Position numbers and translations under genes: made by a program. A stretch of 64,000 nucleotides of DNA, from assembly GCF_006345805.1 (NCBI RefSeq), contig NC_043001.1, positions 66,774,001 to 66,838,000 on the forward strand, in the 5' to 3' direction. The number at the start of each line of letters is the position of its first letter. The stretch's first letter is position 1. Shown piece after piece: positions 63,746-64,000 of the stretch. A model generated the notes under the pieces. The model searched no databases, was not told the origin of the DNA, and worked only from the letters and a program-made list of their open reading frames with translations. This DNA comes from Octopus sinensis (Eukaryota).

Positions 63746-64000
63746 TTGCCCATTAGATTAGCATATACATGGCTGAGTGTTCCAGAGATACACATACCAT
63801 TTATGTAATTCTCAAGTAGAATCAGTGTGAATGTATGTGTGACAAGACTGGTATGGTCTCCATCTAATTAATTTCTCTCGCAAGGCTTTGGCAACACATA
63901 TTTATTTAAGGTACCATGCCCTGGTAATTAACCTGGGACTGCATTGGGTGAAGTCAACTTCTTGAACTCTTGGTCATTTCTCATACCCCTGCATCCATTT

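Overview
AT-rich animal genomic DNA, most probably an octopod cephalopod; this is inferred from SINE families I recall from Octopus and is not verified. The only host gene I can support is a PHLDB1/2 (LL5)-like gene on the + strand. Three coding exons (9099-9219, 17783-17965, 59358-59480) together encode its N-terminal FHA region and are separated by 8.6-kb and 41.4-kb introns. The introns are filled with mobile DNA: a decayed but complete Ty3/gypsy LTR element (LTRs, PBS, PPT, 5-bp TSD) split by a 5.8-kb composite RTE insertion; several RTE-type LINEs (one family with a PHD finger inside the RT, one young BovB-like copy); CR1/L2 fragments; a MULE; a DD37E Tc1-like element; a DD37D maT remnant; a deleted piggyBac; many tRNA-derived SINEs; and microsatellites. 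The most notable leads are a minimal hammerhead-ribozyme-like motif (about 34690-34735, - strand), a TSD-bracketed composite insertion that looks like a read-through transduction, a variable-copy hairpin array in RTE 3' UTRs, a CpG-rich intronic island with a possible alternative first exon in frame with the third exon, and inverted SINE pairs bracketing two in-frame-skippable exons. Most repeat boundaries were read by eye and are approximate unless a TSD or TIR is quoted.
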